From the NCBI GenBank assembly GCA_017466375.1, contig JAFTUH010000037.1, positions 2,782 to 66,781 of the forward strand: a DNA stretch of 64,000 nt. The letters are read 5' to 3'. Made by a program: the position numbers and the translations under genes. Of this stretch, positions 17,935 to 28,033 are shown piece by piece (positions within the stretch are counted from its first letter, which is position 1; each line of letters begins with the position of its first letter). Under the pieces are notes generated by a model. That model saw only the letters and a list, made by a program, of their open reading frames with translations, was not told the DNA's origin and did not search any database. Origin of the DNA: Clostridia bacterium (GTDB lineage Bacteria > Bacillota > Clostridia > Oscillospirales > CAG-272).

Positions 17935-19425
17935 ATGAACAAATTTTATACAGCAAAACGCTTCCGCTACGGAAGTGCCGCGACTGCGTTCACGTGCGCG
18001 TTCATCGCGGTTGTGATCCTGTTCAACGTCGCATTTACTGCGCTGGCATCGAAATATATGTGGTACATCGATATGACAAAAGAGGAGGTCTTCACCCTCA
18101 GTGAGGCTGCGAAGAATCTTCTCGCCGACGTCGATGCTCCGGTCAATATCTACTTTGCGAGCGAGCCGGACGAGCTGATGGAGGGCACGTACAGCCCGTA
18201 CATGAAGTACATCTATACGACGGCGCTCCAGCTTCAGAACGAGTTTGACAATATCAACGTCGAGTGCAAGGACGTCGTCAAGCACCGCGCGTTCTTTGAG
18301 CCGTTCCGTACGACGGCGGCTACGAATATCCAGACGACCTCCGTTGTCGTGGAGTCCGGCGGCGAGGTGCGCGTGTATGCGTATAACGCGTTCTTCTATT
18401 ACGATGAAACGACGAATCAGCTGTGGGCGTACAACGGCGAGTACAAGCTCGTCTCCGGTATTCTGCAGGTTACGAGCGCGGAGCTTCCAATCGTTTACTT
18501 CACGACACAGCACGGCGAGGATCTCGGGGCGGATGCCAACGCGATCCACGCTTTGTTCAAGGATAACGGCTTTGACGTGCGCACGATCGACCTTGCCAGC
18601 GAGGAGATTGACGATGACGCGCGTATCGTGGTCATCAACAATCCCGTGTACGATTTCATCGGCGCGGAGGCGGACAGCGAATTCTCCAACGAGATCGCAA
18701 AGCTTGACGCGTTTCTCGACCGTCTCGGCTGTCTGATCGTGTTCTCCAGCCCTGATAACGCGGGCAGACTTACGAATCTCTCCGAATTCCTTGAGGAGTG
18801 GGGCATCGCCTTTACGCCCAATACGTACGTGAAGGATATGGCGCATTCCGTATCCACCGACGGTACGTCCGTCGTTGCGGCGTACGATGCCGATACGCTC
18901 GGCTCCTCCCTCTATAAGGATATCACGAGCAATCTGATCACGCCGCCGAAAACGGTGTCGCCTTATACCACGCCGATCGAGGTTCTGTGGGAGACGGGCG
19001 GCGATCTGTCCGGCACGCGCGAGGTTTCGCCGATCCTCAAATCGTACGATACCGCAGTCGCTGTCAAGGACGGTGAGGAGATCGGCTCGGGCGAGTACAA
19101 CCTCATGACGGTCTCCCGTGAGCTTCGCCTCATCAATAACGATTACTATTCCGCGTATGTCGTCGCGATCGGATCGCCCGATTTTGCCGCGGCAAACTAC
19201 CTCGTGAGCAACGCGTATGCGAATAACGATATTCTCTCCGCCATTATGCGCGGAACGGGACGTGACAAGATTCTGGCGGACATCCCGCTCAAGGTATTCG
19301 ACAATACGGAGCTTACGATCACTACGGCACAGGCGAACAACTGGACGGTCGGTCTCGTAACGGTGCTTCCGCTCTTTGCCGCTGCGGTCGGTCTTGTGAT
19401 TTGGGTTAGGAGAAAGCATTCATGA
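17935..19425 (+). CDS. GldG-like ABC transporter auxiliary protein
   Basis: N- and C-terminal TM anchors flank a large external domain. Its position after GldA/GldF-like genes fits, and the sequence resembles the ABC_transp_aux family. Confidence 0.7.
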   Translation: MNKFYTAKRFRYGSAATAFTCAFIAVVILFNVAFTALASKYMWYIDMTKEEVFTLSEAAKNLLADVDAPVNIYFASEPDELMEGTYSPYMKYIYTTALQLQNEFDNINVECKDVVKHRAFFEPFRTTAATNIQTTSVVVESGGEVRVYAYNAFFYYDETTNQLWAYNGEYKLVSGILQVTSAELPIVYFTTQHGEDLGADANAIHALFKDNGFDVRTIDLASEEIDDDARIVVINNPVYDFIGAEADSEFSNEIAKLDAFLDRLGCLIVFSSPDNAGRLTNLSEFLEEWGIAFTPNTYVKDMAHSVSTDGTSVVAAYDADTLGSSLYKDITSNLITPPKTVSPYTTPIEVLWETGGDLSGTREVSPILKSYDTAVAVKDGEEIGSGEYNLMTVSRELRLINNDYYSAYVVAIGSPDFAAANYLVSNAYANNDILSAIMRGTGRDKILADIPLKVFDNTELTITTAQANNWTVGLVTVLPLFAAAVGLVIWVRRKHS

Positions 19426-20936
19426 TCGCCAAACAGAAAAAACTGCTTATTGTTTTTGCCGGCATTTTCATTCTGCTCCTCGTCGCGTATCTCGCGTTCA
19501 TCCGTCCGGCTGTCAATGCCCCGGATGAGGAGACGGTGACGGATCCGCTTGAGACAACGCCCGGCGAATATATGACCCCCGGCGGACAGCTCTTTATGTA
19601 TCCGCAGATCCCCCGCGCGTCGATGCAGTCCGTTTCTGTGACGAATGAGCACGGCACGTACAAATTCTACCGGGACGCGGACGGCAACTTCCAGATCCGC
19701 GGCTTTGAAGGAACGCCGTACGATTCGACGCTGTTTTCCAGCCTTGTGACCTCGGCGGGCTACACGATCACGAAAACGAAGGTCGTGGATAACGCGACGG
19801 AGGCGGAGCTGGCCGAGTACGGTCTTGACAATCCGCAGGCAACGTGGACGGTCACGTCTGTCACGGGCGCATCCTATACGGTGCAGGTGGGATACGATCT
19901 TCTCACCGGCGGCGGATACTACTGCATGGTGGAGGGACGCCGCAGTGTCTACGTCCTCGGAAACGAGATCGCGCAGACCATGTTTGCGCCGATTGAGACG
20001 CTTTGCTCCCCTGTGTTTATTGCGGGTATCAGCCAGAACGATTACTACACCATCGACAATATCGTTCTTCTTGCATACGGCGAGGAGCTTTGCCGAATCA
20101 CAAGGCTTGATCCGGCACTGCATAAGAATCCGCAGGCGCTCGTCGAGTATAAAATGGACTATCCCGAGGGGTATACCCCGAATGACGGACTGGTCACGGA
20201 GATGCTCTACACGTTCACGTCCGTGACAGGTACGTCCGTTGTGAAGATCGGTCCCACGGCGGAGGATGCTGCCGCCTGCGGGCTGACGAATCCTGCATTT
20301 ACGGTTGGATTTACGTATATGAACGTCCCTGTTCTGCTGTTCTTCAGCGAGCTGCAGGAAAACGGAACGTATAACGTACAGTCTACGCTTTTCCCGCATA
20401 TGATCGTTGCGGTGGATGCTGCGACTCTGCCGTTCATCAAAACGGATCTTCTTTCGTGGGTGAAGAAGACGGTGTTCAACGATTGGCTCGTTACGCTTGC
20501 CGAGATCGAGACCGTCGGATCGGGTGCGGACGTGCTCTTTACGCTCACGCACGGTGTGGCGGAGAACGGCAACGCCACGCTTGACGTCGTTTCCGATACG
20601 GGCAAGGTGATCCCGAACGCGGAGGTCAACAACTTCCGCCAGTTCTACAAGACGATGCTCACCATGGAGATCAAGGATACCGTGCCGCTTTCCGATGAGG
20701 AGATCGCCGCACTTGCCGTGGAGGAAAACTGTATTCTCACCGTACGGCTGAAAACGGTCGCCGGGGTGGAGAATGTATATCGGTTCTATCCGTACTCGTC
20801 TACGGGACGCCGTGCACTGCTGACGGTGAACGGAAACGGTGAATTCTACGTCGAGACCGATCTGGTGAAGAAGATCGCGTCGGATGCGAATAAGGTCCTG
20901 AACGATCTGGACGTAGACGCCTACGCAAAAGACTGA
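19422..20936 (+). CDS. DUF4340-like membrane-anchored protein
   Basis: ATGA overlap with the preceding gene. It has an N-terminal TM anchor and repeated YGLDNP..V..G motifs typical of DUF4340, the common GldG partner. Confidence 0.6.
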   Translation: MIAKQKKLLIVFAGIFILLLVAYLAFIRPAVNAPDEETVTDPLETTPGEYMTPGGQLFMYPQIPRASMQSVSVTNEHGTYKFYRDADGNFQIRGFEGTPYDSTLFSSLVTSAGYTITKTKVVDNATEAELAEYGLDNPQATWTVTSVTGASYTVQVGYDLLTGGGYYCMVEGRRSVYVLGNEIAQTMFAPIETLCSPVFIAGISQNDYYTIDNIVLLAYGEELCRITRLDPALHKNPQALVEYKMDYPEGYTPNDGLVTEMLYTFTSVTGTSVVKIGPTAEDAAACGLTNPAFTVGFTYMNVPVLLFFSELQENGTYNVQSTLFPHMIVAVDAATLPFIKTDLLSWVKKTVFNDWLVTLAEIETVGSGADVLFTLTHGVAENGNATLDVVSDTGKVIPNAEVNNFRQFYKTMLTMEIKDTVPLSDEEIAALAVEENCILTVRLKTVAGVENVYRFYPYSSTGRRALLTVNGNGEFYVETDLVKKIASDANKVLNDLDVDAYAKD

Positions 20937-20993
20937 CAAACAAAATCGCGCCTTGCTTTTCGAGCAGGGCGCGTGCATTTTACGGAGGAAATC

Positions 20994-21626
20994 ATGGGGG
21001 AGATCAAGGATAGAATCCCGATTCTGTGGGAGGACGGCGAGATGGTGTTCGCTCTGAAGCCGGCGGGGATCGCATCGCAGTCGCCGGGGATGCCGGAGCG
21101 TCTGGCCGCCGAGCTCGGCGTGGAGACGGTGTATCCTGTGCACAGACTTGATAAAGAGGCGTCGGGCGTGATGGTGTACGCGAAAACGAAATCGGCCGCC
21201 GCCGCGCTCTCTGCCGCGATTGCGAACGGGGAGATGGAGAAGGAATACCTCGCCATGGTGACGGGCACGCCTGCTCCGGTGGGGGAGATGCGCGATCTTT
21301 TGTATCATGATCCGCGTCGGAATAAATCGTTCGTTGTCACCCGTGCCCGTCATGGCGTGCGCGAGGCGATTCTCACCTATGAGGTGATCCGCACGGTGGG
21401 AGATCGGTCTCTCGTGAAGGTGCGGCTGGAGACGGGACGTACACATCAGATCCGCGTACAGTTTGCCTCCCGCGGCTATCCGCTGATCGGGGATGCGCGC
21501 TACGGCGGCGGCAAGGGTGAGATGCACCTCTTTTCGCATCGGATCACGGTGCGCCATCCGAAGACGGGCGAGCCGGTGACGGTGGAATCGAGACCGGAAT
21601 GGGGAGACGATGCGGGAGCTTTTTGA
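20994..21626 (+). CDS. RluA-family pseudouridine synthase
   Basis: Catalytic motif HRLDKEASGVMVYAKT and C-terminal GRTHQIR. The ATG follows GGAGGA. Confidence 0.85.
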   Translation: MGEIKDRIPILWEDGEMVFALKPAGIASQSPGMPERLAAELGVETVYPVHRLDKEASGVMVYAKTKSAAAALSAAIANGEMEKEYLAMVTGTPAPVGEMRDLLYHDPRRNKSFVVTRARHGVREAILTYEVIRTVGDRSLVKVRLETGRTHQIRVQFASRGYPLIGDARYGGGKGEMHLFSHRITVRHPKTGEPVTVESRPEWGDDAGAF

Positions 21627-21669
21627 AAAAAGCCCCCGCGCCCCCAAAAACTTTTGGAGCAAAATAAGG
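21614..21669. repeat. Partial copy of the 8324/8571 repeat family, overlapping the rluA 3' end
   Basis: GGGAGCTTTTTGAAAAAAGCCCCC...CCCCCAAAAACTTTTGGAGCAAAATAAGG parallels GGGAGGGACTTTTTGCAAAAAGTCCCTCCCC...CAAAAACCTTTGGGGCAAAGAATAGG. Confidence 0.55.
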
Positions 21670-21702
21670 AAAAGACTGACGTTTGCGCGTCAGTCTTTTT
21701 TG
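21670..21702 (+). terminator. Rho-independent terminator
   Basis: AAAAGACTGACG-TTTGC-GCGTCAGTCTTTTTT. Confidence 0.75.
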
Positions 21703-21783
21703 CGTTAAATGTATTTTGCTGTCTTGCCCGCACATGTGTCTATCTTGCGTTGGTGTGCGGCAAGACAGGAAAATCGTAGCTGT

Positions 21784-22206
21784 TTATGCATTCAGTGCAT
21801 TTGCGCGAATTTCATTTAAGCTGTTGAAAATCAGCAGTGTTCCCGGTTTGTCAACCATAATTGTCCCGGCTCCATAGGGCAGATGAATTATAATGGTGTT
21901 GGTAAGGAATCCCTTTTTATAGGAAATTCCGCCGACAGAGTTCCACGGGTACACTTCTACGCCGCGAAGGTTTCCTTTTTGAAAAGCGATATTTCCCTGT
22001 GCAACGATCAGACGTTGTGCTGTCAACAGATAGGCGTGAATTCCCTGGCTTTCCAACCCGTGAGAGTTTTGATTACCACAGAAAGCAAACAAAACCTCTT
22101 CGTCGGGAAGCAGTGCCTCTACGCCGAGCGGCACATGCTTAGGGGCTTCGCGGCTTCCGATTTTGTGTTCTTTCATAAAAGCGATAATTTCTTCCGTTGT
22201 TCTCAT
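21784..22206 (-). CDS. Hypothetical protein, possibly a bacterial PH-domain (YokE-like) protein
   Basis: GGAGGA RBS, 140 aa. The PH-like call rests only on a loose resemblance (LLPDEEVLFAF...LLTAQRLIV...I.Y). Confidence 0.4.
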   Translation of the reverse strand: MRTTEEIIAFMKEHKIGSREAPKHVPLGVEALLPDEEVLFAFCGNQNSHGLESQGIHAYLLTAQRLIVAQGNIAFQKGNLRGVEVYPWNSVGGISYKKGFLTNTIIIHLPYGAGTIMVDKPGTLLIFNSLNEIRANALNA

Positions 22207-22312
22207 TTTATCCTCCGATTTTGTGAATAATAGGAAATGGGCGCTCCTTTAATATTATACTCAATATTTTGAGTATTGTCAAGGGTTTGAGTATGATAAA
22301 ATAAAAAGGGTG

Positions 22313-22519
22313 ATGTTTTTGATTTCCTATAAACCGTTTTATGAGACACTGTTCAAAAAGGGAATAACGGAGTATTATCTGATTTTTAAGCAAGGTTTTT
22401 CGGCAAATACGCTGTATCGGATGAAAAAAGGCGAGGCGATCAGCACAAAGACGCTGGATGCGCTCTGTTATGCGCTGGATTGTGAAGTGGACGATATTAT
22501 AAAATTTGAAAAAGAATAG
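22313..22519 (+). CDS. Small HTH (XRE-like) DNA-binding protein
   Basis: The pattern ...GFSANTLYRMKKGEAISTKTLDALCYALDCEVDDIIKF is typical of Cro/C1-type regulators. It is divergent from the preceding gene. Confidence 0.7.
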   Translation: MFLISYKPFYETLFKKGITEYYLIFKQGFSANTLYRMKKGEAISTKTLDALCYALDCEVDDIIKFEKE

Positions 22520-22551
22520 CACTTGATTCCGCTCGGAACCAAGTGCTTTTT

Positions 22552-23244
22552 TTATCTTCTTCTGTTATTCACAATTGACAACAGCCGCAGCATCTGCAAT
22601 ACGGATGCCGTCAGCGCCGCTACATACGTCATTGCCGCCGCGCTCAGTACGCGCCGTGCTCCTTTGATCTCGCCTGCATCCAGCGTGCCCGATTCGGACA
22701 GGATTGTGAGCGCGCGGCTGCTCGCGTTGAATTCGACAGGGAGCGTCACCAGCTGGAACAGTACCGCGACCCCGAACAGAATCACACCTGCGTAAGCTAC
22801 CGAAATGAAATTTTCGGCATATGCCGTTAATAAGATCCCGAGCAGTACCAGCGGTACGGCAAGGCGGGACGAAACGTTCGTGATCGGGATGATCGCCTGC
22901 CGGATGCGGATCGGAGCGTATGCCTGCGCGTGCTGGATTGCGTGTCCGCATTCGTGCGCCGCTACGCCGATTGCCGCGATCGAGGTGCTGTCCGCCACAC
23001 TGTCGGACAGGCGGATTACGTTCGTGCGCGGATCGTAGTGGTCGGTCAGATCCCCCGCGATCCGTTCGATGGAGACGTTTGTGAGCCCCGCTCCGTCCAA
23101 AATCCGCCGAGCGATTGCCGTTGCCGTCACACCCGTGTGCGCGTTCACTTTCGCGTATTTGTTGTAGGTCGTCTTTACGCGGATGCTTGCCCACATTGTC
23201 AGGATCAGTGCGGGCAGGATATATAATAAATCGAAGTAAATCAT
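22552..23244 (-). CDS. yugP: Membrane zinc metallopeptidase, YugP family
   Basis: Collinear with B. subtilis YugP (LTDHYDPR..V.RLS, AAHECGHAIQH, LPVEFNASSRA). Confidence 0.8.
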   Translation of the reverse strand: MIYFDLLYILPALILTMWASIRVKTTYNKYAKVNAHTGVTATAIARRILDGAGLTNVSIERIAGDLTDHYDPRTNVIRLSDSVADSTSIAAIGVAAHECGHAIQHAQAYAPIRIRQAIIPITNVSSRLAVPLVLLGILLTAYAENFISVAYAGVILFGVAVLFQLVTLPVEFNASSRALTILSESGTLDAGEIKGARRVLSAAAMTYVAALTASVLQMLRLLSIVNNRRR

Positions 23245-23299
23245 GATTCTTTCCTCCTTCGGTATCCGTTAGCATGTGCCGATTCGGTCAAAACATACG

Positions 23300-24394
23300 T
23301 CAGGCGTTCTCCAGAATATCTGCGATCCGTACCGAGGCAAATCCGTCACCGTACGGATTGGAGGCGCGGCTCATTTTTTCGTATTCCGTTTTATCCGTCA
23401 GCAGGCGGCGGAAATGCTCGTAGATCACCGATTCATCCGTGCCGACCAGCTTCAAAGTGCCTGCGGCGATGCCCTCCGGACGTTCCGTTGTATCGCGCAT
23501 GACAAGCACGGGCTTGCCGAGCGACGGCGCTTCCTCCTGGATACCGCCGCTGTCCGTCAGCACAAGATACGCCCGGGCGAGGAAATTGTGAAAATCAAGC
23601 ACCTCCAGCGGTTCGATGATGTGGATACGGTCGCATCCGCCAAGCTCTGCCGCTGCCGCTTCCCGTACCGCGGGATTCATATGAATCGGATAAATCGCCT
23701 TTACGTCCGGGTTCTCATCAATGATGCGGCGGATCGCGCGGAACATGCTGTGCATCGGTGCACCGAGATTCTCGCGGCGGTGTGCCGTGATCAAAATCAG
23801 GCGGCTGTCCGATGCCCAATCAATTTCGGCATGTGCATAATTTTCGCACACCGTCGTTTTCAAAGCGTCGATGGCGGTGTTGCCTGTCACGAAAATCGTG
23901 GACGGATCGCGCCCCTCGCGTATGAGATTCTGCTTGGCTGCCTCTGTCGGCGCAAAGTTGTACTGTGCCACGATGCTCACTGCCTGCCGGTTGAATTCCT
24001 CGGGATAGGGCGAGTAAATGTCGTGCGTGCGCAGTCCTGCCTCCACGTGCCCGACGGGAATCTGCAGATAGAAACACGCCAGTGCCGCGGCAAAGGTAGT
24101 TGAGGTATCGCCGTGCACGAGTACGACGTCCGGCTTTTCCGTTTCCAGTACCGCCTTCAGCTTTGTAAGAATCGCCGTCGTTACGTCGAACAGCGTCTGT
24201 TTTTCCTTCATTATAGATAGATCGTGATCCGGCACCACGTCAAATGCCCGCAGCACCTGATCGAGCATCTGCCGATGCTGTCCCGTTACGCAGACGACGG
24301 TCTGAAGGGAAGGGCGCCGCTTCAACTCCTGTACAAGAGGGCACATTTTGATCGCTTCGGGCCGCGTGCCGAACACGAGCAGGATCTTTTTCAT
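23300..24394 (-). CDS. wecB: UDP-N-acetylglucosamine 2-epimerase (non-hydrolysing)
   Basis: Motifs MKKILLVFGTRPEAIKM, VHGDTSTT and VLTDSGGIQEEAPSLGKPVLVMR. The start was set at the ATG behind GGAGG (24394). Confidence 0.9.
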   Translation of the reverse strand: MKKILLVFGTRPEAIKMCPLVQELKRRPSLQTVVCVTGQHRQMLDQVLRAFDVVPDHDLSIMKEKQTLFDVTTAILTKLKAVLETEKPDVVLVHGDTSTTFAAALACFYLQIPVGHVEAGLRTHDIYSPYPEEFNRQAVSIVAQYNFAPTEAAKQNLIREGRDPSTIFVTGNTAIDALKTTVCENYAHAEIDWASDSRLILITAHRRENLGAPMHSMFRAIRRIIDENPDVKAIYPIHMNPAVREAAAAELGGCDRIHIIEPLEVLDFHNFLARAYLVLTDSGGIQEEAPSLGKPVLVMRDTTERPEGIAAGTLKLVGTDESVIYEHFRRLLTDKTEYEKMSRASNPYGDGFASVRIADILENA

Positions 24395-24634
24395 AGTTCC
24401 TCCGCTTATTACACGGTTGCCTAAAATTGCGGCTGTGTAATGTATAATAATATTAGGATGGATTTGCTGCAAAAATTATACCATATCTGAGCGGCAAAGT
24501 CAAATATTCTGCGTTTGCGGAGCGAAACAGGGGAGAAAACCGCCCAAATATTGCGAAAAAAGGAAATGTTTCAAATAATCGCAATATTAAACCCGCTTTA
24601 ATATTACACAAACATTACACATTGCGAAAACCTA

Positions 24635-24663
24635 TTGCAATAATTTCCGGGATAGGGTATGAT
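24635..24663 (+). promoter_or_regulatory. Candidate S-layer gene promoter, TTGCAA-17-TATGAT
   Basis: Read in the AT-rich region about 70 nt upstream of the ATG at 24735. Confidence 0.4.
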
Positions 24664-24734
24664 ATACACGCGGGGAAATCCCTGAGATTTGCCCGTATAA
24701 AAAAATTTTTTTATAAAAAGGAGTACAGAAAAAG

Positions 24735-27700
24735 ATGAAAAAGATTCTTTCTCTGGTCCTTGCGCTGATGATGGTATTCAGCATCGTTCCTGCAGTTTTT
24801 GCAGATGACGCTGTCACCACCGCGGCTAAGGATTCCGCTTACCAGGATGCAATCGACTTCCTGGGTCTGATCGGCCTCTATAAGGGAGGCGACGGCCACG
24901 CTGATTCCGACGGTGTTACCCGTTGGCAGATGGCTCTGTACGTTGCTCGTGTTCTTACCGGCCGCACCGAAGATGCGTACTGGAAGACCACCGAGAACAA
25001 CTCCGGCTTCGCAGATGTCGATGAGTACCTCAACGACTCTGAGAGCTACATCGTTGGCGCTGTTAGCTACGCAGCTAACAAGGGCATCATCAACGGTTAC
25101 GGCGACGGCAACTTCGGTCCTAACGACGGTATCACCTACCGCGACGCTCTGACCATGGTTGTTCGTGCACTCGGTATCACCTACCCGGCTTCCGGTTATC
25201 CGTGGAGCTATGTCACCAAGGCTGACGAGCTCGGTCTTATGGATGGCATCACCGGCGTAGGCCAGACTGAGGAAATCTCCCGTGAGGTTGTTGCTCAGAT
25301 CCTCTACAATGCAGTTAATGCAGACGTAGACGGCAAGACCATCGCTGAGGAAGTATTCGGCGTTGGCGAGATGACCGTTATCATCACCGCTTCCAACAAG
25401 GTTGCTTACGAGGGCTCCACCACTGTTCTCCGCGATGGCTTCGTTCAGTTCGCTGCTATCGACGATCAGGGCAACCCCACCGGCGCTAAGTATCACGTTG
25501 CAGCTACTGAGTTCGGTCTCACCACTGACAACGCTGAGAACGCAGCAGTTGGTACCAACTATCAGATCGTCTACAAGGACAACTGCGTAGACATCATCGA
25601 CGCTAAGGCTCTCTGGACCGCTTACGAGAACTTCGCAGCAACCGGCAAGAACGAGATCGTTGTTGACGCTGCTAACAAGACCATCTCTCTCGGCGGTGTT
25701 AAGACCAACCTCGTTACCGTTTACACCGATCTCTTCAACACCCAGGGTACGAACAACGTTACCGGTGCTCTTGAGACCAAGGTTTACGGTGAGTCCGGCG
25801 TAGGCGCATGGAAGACCATCGGCGCTACCTACTACATGGACGCTCAGGGTTACATCTACCAGATCGCTGACCTCAAGCTCGTTGCTTACTACTTCGCATT
25901 CTTTGACACCATCTACGGCTGCAAGGTTGAGACCACCGGTAAGTACACCTACAGTGCACTCTCCGATGCTGACGCTGCAGCAATCCGTGCTGACCTGACC
26001 GCTACCGCAAACGGCTTCGCTCAGGTTACCAACTTCGCTTCTCTGAAGGACAGCGCTTACACCAAGGTTGTCGCTTCTGACAGCAACAACGATGGCACGT
26101 ACGATCGCGCAATCGTTAAGGACTTCCAGTTCGGTTACCTTGATTGGGCATCTGACAAGAAGACCTTCACCATCGCTACCGCTAACGGCCTGAACTCTCT
26201 CGCTGCTGGCGCTACCTACACCACGGCTAACTACCGCTTCACCGGTCTTACCCCCGCTGCAGATGCATTCGTTATCTACTATGTTGACGATGTCAACAAG
26301 GAGATCGACATCTGGGTTGAGGTTAAGGCTTACGCAGAGGGTGCAACCACCTACTTTGCAAACGCATACATCCTTGGCTTCTCCGTTGCAAGCAACGTTA
26401 TCTACATGAACGACACCAAGTCTCAGAGATTTGACATGCCCTTCGGCTATGCAGACTTGAACGGTGCTCCCATGAAGGCATTCACCACCGGTGCAAATGC
26501 AAACGTTGCTCTGAACCAGGCTCTTATCGACCTGCTTCTCGCTAACCAGAACGCATACGTTACCTACGTTGTAGTTGACGGCAAGCTCGTTTACTTCACC
26601 AGTGCTGCTCAGACCAACGATTACGTTGTAATCGAGAAGTTCACCAGCATCACGAAGGACAGCATCATTGCTCACGCATACAGCACCGTTACCGACGAGT
26701 ACGCTGATATCCAGATCGCTGAGTTCAACGGCTGGAACATCGGTGGCTTCGAGTGGAACGAGATGTGGCAGAAGCTCGTTTGGGAAGGCATCCTCTCCGG
26801 TAACGTCCCGAACGCTAACGACGTTCTCGCTACTCTCCTCCCGGTTAAGGCTAACCAGCTCTACAAGGTTGTTTACCAGAACAATGGCGCATACAACCTC
26901 CGCCCTGTAACCGCAGCTGATGCAATCGCTACCCCGAACGGTGTTCATGTAATCAAGGAGAAGATCCACTGGTTCAAGGACGGCGTTCTCATCAACAACA
27001 ACGCTCAGTTCGATCCGGCTAACAACGCAGGCAAGTACGTTGCTACTTCCAGCGCTCACAACTGGCTCGTACTCCAGGCTCCTGTTGATGCAGCTACCGG
27101 CGCTTACGACCTCACCGCTATCGAGAAGGTTTACGTTGTTCCGGGCAAGATCGCTGATATGATCATCCCGCACTTCGAGCTCTACAAGAGCGCTGACAAC
27201 GACTTCGTTCTCGTTGCTACCGAGGCAGAGCTTGCTGACTTCATCCGCAGCCAGACTGTTGGCTCCGATGTAAGCTTCGTATACTACACCAAGTACGATC
27301 TGTACGGTAACGACCACAACAACGCATGGGCTGACCAGGCTGTTGATGCTCACTACTACTACAGATGGATGCGCGATGTAGCTACCGGCAACTTCACGCT
27401 CGTTAAGATCAACGTTGCTGAGTACGCAGCTATCATCGCTGAGCTCAACAAGGTTGACGCTGCTCAGGCTCCGGCTAACGCAGTTGTTCTCCAGCTGAAC
27501 GATGGCGTTCTGTCTCTCGCTAACGGTGCTCTTCCGGTTGTTACCATTGGCGACGTTGCAGTACAGCTCGACAAGGCTAACGCATACGACAACTATGCAG
27601 TTGGCACTATGGACGCTGCTGACCTCGTAGCTGAGGTTGGTGACTTCCTTGATGAGGAAGTTTGCGGCATGGACGAGTACGTTTCCGTTCAGGACTACTT

Positions 27701-27854
27701 CGGCATCGCAAACATCACCTTCATCGGTGTTGATGCAAACGGTAAGTACGTGAAGCTCACCGGCGACAAGCTCGGCGCTGCATTCACCGGTACCGTTGAC
27801 GCTCACCTCTTCTGGGATGACGGTGCATCCACTGCAGTCGTTTACGTCGACTAA
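24735..27854 (+). CDS. S-layer protein with three N-terminal SLH domains (1039 aa)
   Basis: Signal peptide (MKKILSLVLALMMVFSIVPAVFA). Three SLH repeats follow (..AIDFLGLIGLYKG, ..AVSYAANKGIINGYGDGNFGPND.ITYRDALTMVVRAL, ..KADELGLMDGI). AAAGGAG RBS. Codon bias is strong and distinctive, and tandem terminators follow. Confidence 0.85.
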   Translation: MKKILSLVLALMMVFSIVPAVFADDAVTTAAKDSAYQDAIDFLGLIGLYKGGDGHADSDGVTRWQMALYVARVLTGRTEDAYWKTTENNSGFADVDEYLNDSESYIVGAVSYAANKGIINGYGDGNFGPNDGITYRDALTMVVRALGITYPASGYPWSYVTKADELGLMDGITGVGQTEEISREVVAQILYNAVNADVDGKTIAEEVFGVGEMTVIITASNKVAYEGSTTVLRDGFVQFAAIDDQGNPTGAKYHVAATEFGLTTDNAENAAVGTNYQIVYKDNCVDIIDAKALWTAYENFAATGKNEIVVDAANKTISLGGVKTNLVTVYTDLFNTQGTNNVTGALETKVYGESGVGAWKTIGATYYMDAQGYIYQIADLKLVAYYFAFFDTIYGCKVETTGKYTYSALSDADAAAIRADLTATANGFAQVTNFASLKDSAYTKVVASDSNNDGTYDRAIVKDFQFGYLDWASDKKTFTIATANGLNSLAAGATYTTANYRFTGLTPAADAFVIYYVDDVNKEIDIWVEVKAYAEGATTYFANAYILGFSVASNVIYMNDTKSQRFDMPFGYADLNGAPMKAFTTGANANVALNQALIDLLLANQNAYVTYVVVDGKLVYFTSAAQTNDYVVIEKFTSITKDSIIAHAYSTVTDEYADIQIAEFNGWNIGGFEWNEMWQKLVWEGILSGNVPNANDVLATLLPVKANQLYKVVYQNNGAYNLRPVTAADAIATPNGVHVIKEKIHWFKDGVLINNNAQFDPANNAGKYVATSSAHNWLVLQAPVDAATGAYDLTAIEKVYVVPGKIADMIIPHFELYKSADNDFVLVATEAELADFIRSQTVGSDVSFVYYTKYDLYGNDHNNAWADQAVDAHYYYRWMRDVATGNFTLVKINVAEYAAIIAELNKVDAAQAPANAVVLQLNDGVLSLANGALPVVTIGDVAVQLDKANAYDNYAVGTMDAADLVAEVGDFLDEEVCGMDEYVSVQDYFGIANITFIGVDANGKYVKLTGDKLGAAFTGTVDAHLFWDDGASTAVVYVD

Positions 27855-27900
27855 TATTGCACTGAATCCTGTTTCGAAAACTGAATAAGTGATCGAACGT

Positions 27901-27965
27901 AGGGGATATGGAGAAATCCATATCCCCTATTTGTTTGGCGGCGGATGTAATCCGCCGCTTTTTTG
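27901..27965 (+). terminator. Two tandem rho-independent terminators
   Basis: AGGGGATATGGA-GAAA-TCCATATCCCCT followed by TTTGTTT. Then GGCGGCGGAT-GTAA-TCCGCCGC followed by TTTTTTG. Confidence 0.8.
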
Positions 27966-28033
27966 TCATAGAACGGTGCCCTGCGTCATATCCTTTAGTA
28001 AATTCAAATCGGACAAGAAAGGATACGAATCTT

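Noticed and set aside
19197-21662. 821-aa minus-strand ORF spanning three plus-strand genes
   Set aside because: It crosses the GldG-like, DUF4340 and rluA genes and the intergenic terminator. The translation is Arg/His-rich nonsense.
24711-27806. 1031-aa ORF antisense to the S-layer gene
   Set aside because: Its translation is low-complexity (V/S/N/C-rich) with no RBS or motifs. The sense strand has SLH domains, a signal peptide, an RBS and terminators. The stop-free antisense frame is a by-product of the strongly biased codon usage.
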